Source: Vicugna vicugna (Eukaryota). Taken from it: 64,000 bases of DNA. Both the position numbers and the translations under genes were made by a program. The DNA lies in contig MU058540.1 of the NCBI GenBank assembly GCA_013265495.1, positions 271,696 to 335,695 on the forward strand. The letters are read 5' to 3'. Shown here piece after piece: positions 59,425-64,000 of this stretch. Numbering within the stretch: position 1 is the first letter of the stretch; each line of letters begins with the position of its first letter. The notes below the pieces were generated by a model. That model saw only the letters and a list, made by a program, of their open reading frames with translations, had not been told where the DNA came from and searched no databases.

Positions 59425-60312
59425 GGAAATATGTATTGAGTCTACCACGTGTCAGGAACTGTTCTAGGACCTGGGTATTACAATCAGGTTTGTGATTTGG
59501 TGCCTGCCTTTGAAGGATTTGATCTCGGGAGTTCATGGTGAGTACCTCATAATTGAATCTAGTGTCAAGTCCTATCAAGTGTATCCACTATAATATCTCC
59601 CAGGTCTGTCCAGTCTTCTCCATCCCTCCACCTCACTGGTCCAGCCCCCACCTGGACAGTCCAGCTCTTTGAATCACTGCGGTAGCTGCCAAGGTTGGGA
59701 AAGGACTTCTCTAACTCAAGCAGCACACCTGAGTCAGAGAATCCTTTTGAAATGTAAACCTGATTGTTTCAGTTACCCTGCTGAAACACATTCAGTGGTT
59801 TCCCACTGACCTTAGGTTAGAGACCTAGGTCCTTAACCTGGTTTCTAAGGCCCTGTAAGATGTGGCCCCACTGGCCTCTCCAGCCTCACCCCCCACCTCT
59901 CTCTCCCCCTCATCACTTTCCCAGTGCTCCACTTCTGCCACCGCTGCTTCCCGCACTGCAGAGAGCCTTTGTGTAGGCTGGGCCCTCCTCCTGAATGGCT
60001 CCTTCTTCCATTTTTCTTTTAAGTTAGCTCGTCTTTGTTCTTCAGATCTTTACCACATCCTGAGGGAAGGTACCCAGACCTTCCTTTCGCATCAAATTCC
60101 CCTCTTCTGAGCGCCCACACCAAGGTGCCCTTTTCCTTGGAGGCACTTGGCAGGGTCGCAGGTCTACGTCCATTGGGGATTATTTGATGTCTGGCTCCCC
60201 ATAGAATGTAAGCTCCCTGATGGCAGAGGCCATGACAGCAGATGCAAACTCTTGCTTTGGACCTGGGCCTGAACACTGTAAATATTGCATTTACATATTG
60301 GTTGAATTGATG
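59425..60312. mobile_element. L2 LINE fragments
   Basis: aaatatgtattgagtctaccacgtgtcaggaactgttctagg (reverse L2 end) followed by a long forward L2 3' region ending tagaatgtaagctccctgatggcag...atattggttgaattga. Confidence 0.7.
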
Positions 60313-60514
60313 CATATGCGCCAGGATCTGGGACAAGAGGGTACTTATTTTAGGATTTTAGGATGAACTGAGGCCATGATTGTCCCTCCAGCAGCCGCAG
60401 CCCAGGAGTGCCATGTATCATTTCCTACACCATTCCTCCCACCATATTTCCTGGCATTGTCCACCTCCACAGTTGTGCCTTCATTCCGGCCTCCTCCACC
60501 TTCTCCTTTGACTT

Positions 60515-60664
60515 TCTTTCTTTTTCTTTTTTCTTTTTGGTTTGGTTTTTATGGAGGGGAGTAACTAGCTTTATTTATTTATCTTTTAAATGGAAGTACT
60601 GAGTTTGAACCTAAAACCTCCAGCGCGCTAAGCCCACACTCTACCACTGAGCTCTACTCTCCCC
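60515..60664 (-). mobile_element. tRNA-Ala-derived SINE (vic-1-like)
   Basis: Reverse strand ggggagagtagagctcagtggtagagtgtgggcttagcgcgctggaggttttaggttcaaactcagtac + A-rich tail; flanked by tttgacttt on both sides (TSD). Confidence 0.8.
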
Positions 60665-61139
60665 TTTTTGACTTTTTAATGCCCCTTCCTGGTTTTGCCT
60701 CGTTGACTTTGGTAAGCAGCAAAGAATCATGTGGCAACAGTGCAGGATTCAGAACCAGAATATCTATGTTCAGTAACTGGGAAAAGTATTATCAGTGTGA
60801 CCTTCAGCAGGCTGTTAAAACACTCTGAACCCCAGCTTTCTTATCTATAAAAATGAGGACAACTTTAGAATTAAGCAAGATAGAGGAATTAGAAAATCTA
60901 AAAGCACCTAAAACACTGGATAAAATATGGGGGGGGAGTAAACATATGACTCAGTTCTCAAAAGGAAAGTGAAATCCCCGGTGCTAGAAACAGAGAGGGA
61001 ACTGAAAGCCAGAGGGTAAGCTGACTGTGGCTGTGGTTACTAGGAGGGGGCTGGAAGGGATGGGTTCTTTTAACTAAGGGCTGTTTTATCAGCCATCCAG
61101 GGACAGATGAGATCTTGGTCCTGAAGAGGCGAGGAAATT

Positions 61140-61945
61140 AGACGAAAGGCAGCCAAAGCTGACTCAAGAAAAAATAGAAAACCTGACAGATCTATAAATT
61201 CTGATAAATTGAAAGAGAAATTTTAAATGTGCACACGTGTGCTCACACACACACACACATGCTCTACACAAATGGTTTTATAGACGTATTATTCTGTTAT
61301 AATATACACTTAAGGAACTGTTTATTTATAGAAACTGTCCAAGGCAATGGAAAAAGAGGACCAATCGCACCAATAAGACTAAAAACTCTAAATGAAATAT
61401 TAGCAAAATGAATCCAGTGGAGTTTGTGCAAGTGTGTGTATATATGCATGTGTGTATGTGTGACAAAGCAGGGTTTATTCCAGGAACACTAGGATGGTCT
61501 AATTCCATCCTTAGATTTTTAAAATAAATCTAAAATTAAATTAAATTTTAAATTTTATTAATGATATTTACCACAATGATATTTGCAATATTAAAAAGAA
61601 AAAATATGATTGTTCCAGTAGGTATAGAGAATGCACTGAATAACGTTTAACACTAATTTCTGATTTTAAAAACAAACCTATCTAACTATGAATAGAAAAT
61701 AACTTCCAATGTTAAATCCAAGGATAGTAGTTTTTACTGTTTCTGTTCAACTTGTGCTGTGAGGTCTGAAGTATCACAATAAGAAAAAGAAGAAATAAAG
61801 CCATCATTATTTACAAAACAACTATGAGAACCTACAATTAGAACTAATACACCCCTTTATGAGGGCAAAATGAATATTTAAACATCAATATGCCTGTACC
61901 ACAGCAATAGACAAATAGAAGGTTTAGTTTTAAAAACATGCCACT
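61140..61945 (+). mobile_element. Old L1M ORF2 fragments
   Basis: aaagctgactcaagaaaaaatagaaaacctga...aaatattagcaaa...gggtttattccaggaa...ggatggt...taggtatagagaatgcactga: decayed L1 ORF2-like, A-rich. Confidence 0.6.
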
Positions 61946-61949
61946 TGTT

Positions 61950-62090
61950 GGGGGAGGGTATAGCTCAAGTGGTAGCACGCATATTTAGCATGCAGGAGAT
62001 CCTGGGTTCAATCCCCAGTACCTCCTCTAAAAATAAACAAACAAGCAAACAAACAAACCTAACTACCCACCCTAAAAAACTTTTTAAAAA
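61950..62090 (+). mobile_element. tRNA-Ala-derived SINE (vic-1-like)
   Basis: ggggagggtatagctcaagtggtagcacgcatatttagcatgcaggagatcctgggttcaatccccagtacctcc + (aaac)n + aaacctaactacc + A tail. Confidence 0.88.
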
Positions 62091-62239
62091 GGAACAGGGG
62101 TCCTCAGCGATGGCTGAAAACTGAAAACTCCAGGGAGTGCTTGTGATTCAGCTCTGTGAAGCTAGTGGGCATATGGTGCCAGGGCTGCAGAAAAGGCCAG
62201 AGGTAGGAAGACAGGCAGAAGCAGCAGGGTTGGAGGGAT

Positions 62240-62925
62240 TCAGAAATGAGCTGGAAAGTAAAATCGCTAGGACTCAGGTTATTAGAACTCAGGGTGGGGG
62301 GCAGAGCGCAAAGAGCAAGAGTGTGACCTGGGGGCCTTCCAAGTTTCTGGCTTGGGCAATTGGGTGATTGGTGATTCCACTAATTGAAACCAGGGACAAT
62401 GGAACAGATTTGGGAGAAGAAAATGAATTCAATGATTGGGAATTCAGTGCTTGCTTAATAAGTTTAAATTGAAACATTAATTTGTAAGCAACTGGGGAGA
62501 TTCAGATGGAGAGATTCAAGAGACAGTTGTGGAGGTCAAGAGAGAAGTCTGGGCTAGAAATCTACATTGATGAGTCACCCACACAGTGATGGTAGTTGAA
62601 GCCATGGGTATGACAGTGCCCAAGTAAAGTGTGCAGATGAGAAGAAAAGGGAGTTTGGCCAAGTCATGGAAAGAGCCTGAGAAATATCAGAGAGGTGGGA
62701 GGAGAAATGAGAAGGGGAGAGAGAGAGAAAGAGAAAAATCAACAGAGACAAGAACTTTGAAAAGAACAGAGGAAAAAGGGTAGGCAACAGGGTCAAATGC
62801 TCCAGAGAAGAGAAACAAAATGAAGATGGAAAATGTCCATTCTATTTGGCAGAAAGATCCCGTTTTGATTACCTTCAGTCGGAGGGTGGGAGGGGCAGAG
62901 CTGACAGCAGTGAATTGAGGAGGTG
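62240..62925 (-). mobile_element. L2 LINE fragment
   Basis: ccaagtttctggcttgggcaattgggtga...gagaagtctgggctaga...gtagttgaagccatggg...gtcaaatgctccagag. Confidence 0.7.
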
Positions 62926-63240
62926 GATTAGTTTTCCATCGCTGTATAGCAAACCACCCAAACCTTAGTGACTTACAACAGCAATAACCACGTATTAAAT
63001 TCCATGGATTCTGGGGATTAGGAATTTGGGGAGGACGCTGCCAGGATCACTGTCTCTGCTCCATGGTGTAAGGGGACTGAGTTGGAAGTGATTCAGGGAC
63101 TGGGAGTTGAAATCATCTGAAGGCTTGTTCACTCGCATGTCTGGCAGCTGATGCTAGCAGTTGGTTGATACCTTACCTGAGGCTGTTGGCTGCTCCTGGT
63201 GGCTGGGTTGGTGGTGGGGGACCCTTCCCAAGGGGAAGGG
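62926..63240 (-). mobile_element. MaLR (MLT1-like) LTR fragment
   Basis: attagttttccatcgctgtatagcaaaccacccaaaccttagtgacttacaaca...aatcatctgaaggcttgttcactcgcatgtctggcagctgatgct. Confidence 0.7.
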
Positions 63241-63854
63241 AGAACCCTGATGTTTGAGGGGCCCAGAGCAAGAGTACAAATCAAGAATATGAAGTTGCAG
63301 GGATTTAATCTGCCTGTTCAGGTTGTAGATTTGCTGGAAACGAGGCAGGAAATTATTGTATCAAATCTACATCTTGAACAGGTCAGATAAAATCCATGCG
63401 ATTTCACATTGTTTATTGATTTGGTTACTGGTCAAAACAATGAAGGTATATGTGGCCACCATTTCTTTTTCTATATCTAGCCTCCATAGTCTTTTCCCAG
63501 TTTTAAAAAATTTAAGTAGATTGCTCCCTTGAATATATTCTATTTCTTTTTTATTTTCAGATATTTTTTGTTTCCATATGTATAGTTTCTATTTCTGTTG
63601 TGATTCAATGTGTACCCATTTTCAGTGATCTAGGATTTTAAAATAAAGTATAATTGTAGCCAAAGTTTACAAAATTTAAATGTATTTTTGCCAAAATATG
63701 TAAATGTAAAAAACTTAATCAGTTATATATTTATCAGTTATTTTCTCCTCAAATATTCAAAATTAGCTATACAAATTATTAATTTTTAAATAAAACTAAT
63801 TTAAGTAAAGCTTTTTTTTACTTAGTTAAAAATCTTTATTAAATAGTTTTATAG

Positions 63855-63975
63855 GGCAAAGGGTATAGCTCAAATGGTAGAGTGTCTGCTCAGCACTCAA
63901 AAGGTCCCGGGTTTAATCTCCATACCTCCTTCAAGTGGAAATCAATGAAGAAACCTAATTACCTCCCCCTCAGAA
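63855..63975 (+). mobile_element. tRNA-Ala-derived SINE (vic-1-like) with target-site duplication
   Basis: gggtatagctcaaatggtagagtgtctgctcagcac...gtcccgggtttaatc...aaacctaattacctcccc; flanked by aaatagttttatag / aaatagttttacag. Confidence 0.85.
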
Positions 63976-64000
63976 AATAGTTTTACAGAAATCAACTCGT

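Noticed and set aside
61950..62025. tRNA-Ala-like sequence (also at 3875-3946, 60590-60664, 63855-63930)
   Set aside because: A-rich tails, TSDs, a shared non-tRNA 3' motif and mismatched stems indicate SINEs, not tRNA genes.

Overview
Mammalian genomic DNA from the extended MHC class II region, most likely a camelid: four tRNA-Ala-derived SINEs resemble the camelid vic-1 family, and an artiodactyl-type Tigger1 MITE is present. Gene order: an AT-rich repeat block containing a fossil ERVL provirus (1-~4.7 kb), an orphan CpG-rich island, COL11A2 (minus; all 66 canonical exons traced by hand, 1736 aa), RXRB (minus, 535 aa), SLC39A7/ZIP7 (plus, 473 aa), HSD17B8 (plus, 259 aa), MIR219A1, RING1 (plus), a CpG island followed by a decayed C2H2 zinc-finger gene, then old repeats. 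Three observations stand out. (1) COL11A2 intron 6 holds a candidate 252-nt, in-frame, stop-free cassette exon encoding an 84-aa Arg/Pro/Ser peptide with no acidic residue, positioned like the basic exon 6B of COL11A1. (2) RING1 exon 5 carries a frameshifting deletion that truncates the protein before the RAWUL domain; it is either a real null allele or an assembly error. (3) An apparently intact ZNF143-type promoter sits upstream of the dead zinc-finger gene. No database searches were run, and comparisons with human proteins and repeat consensus sequences are from recall.
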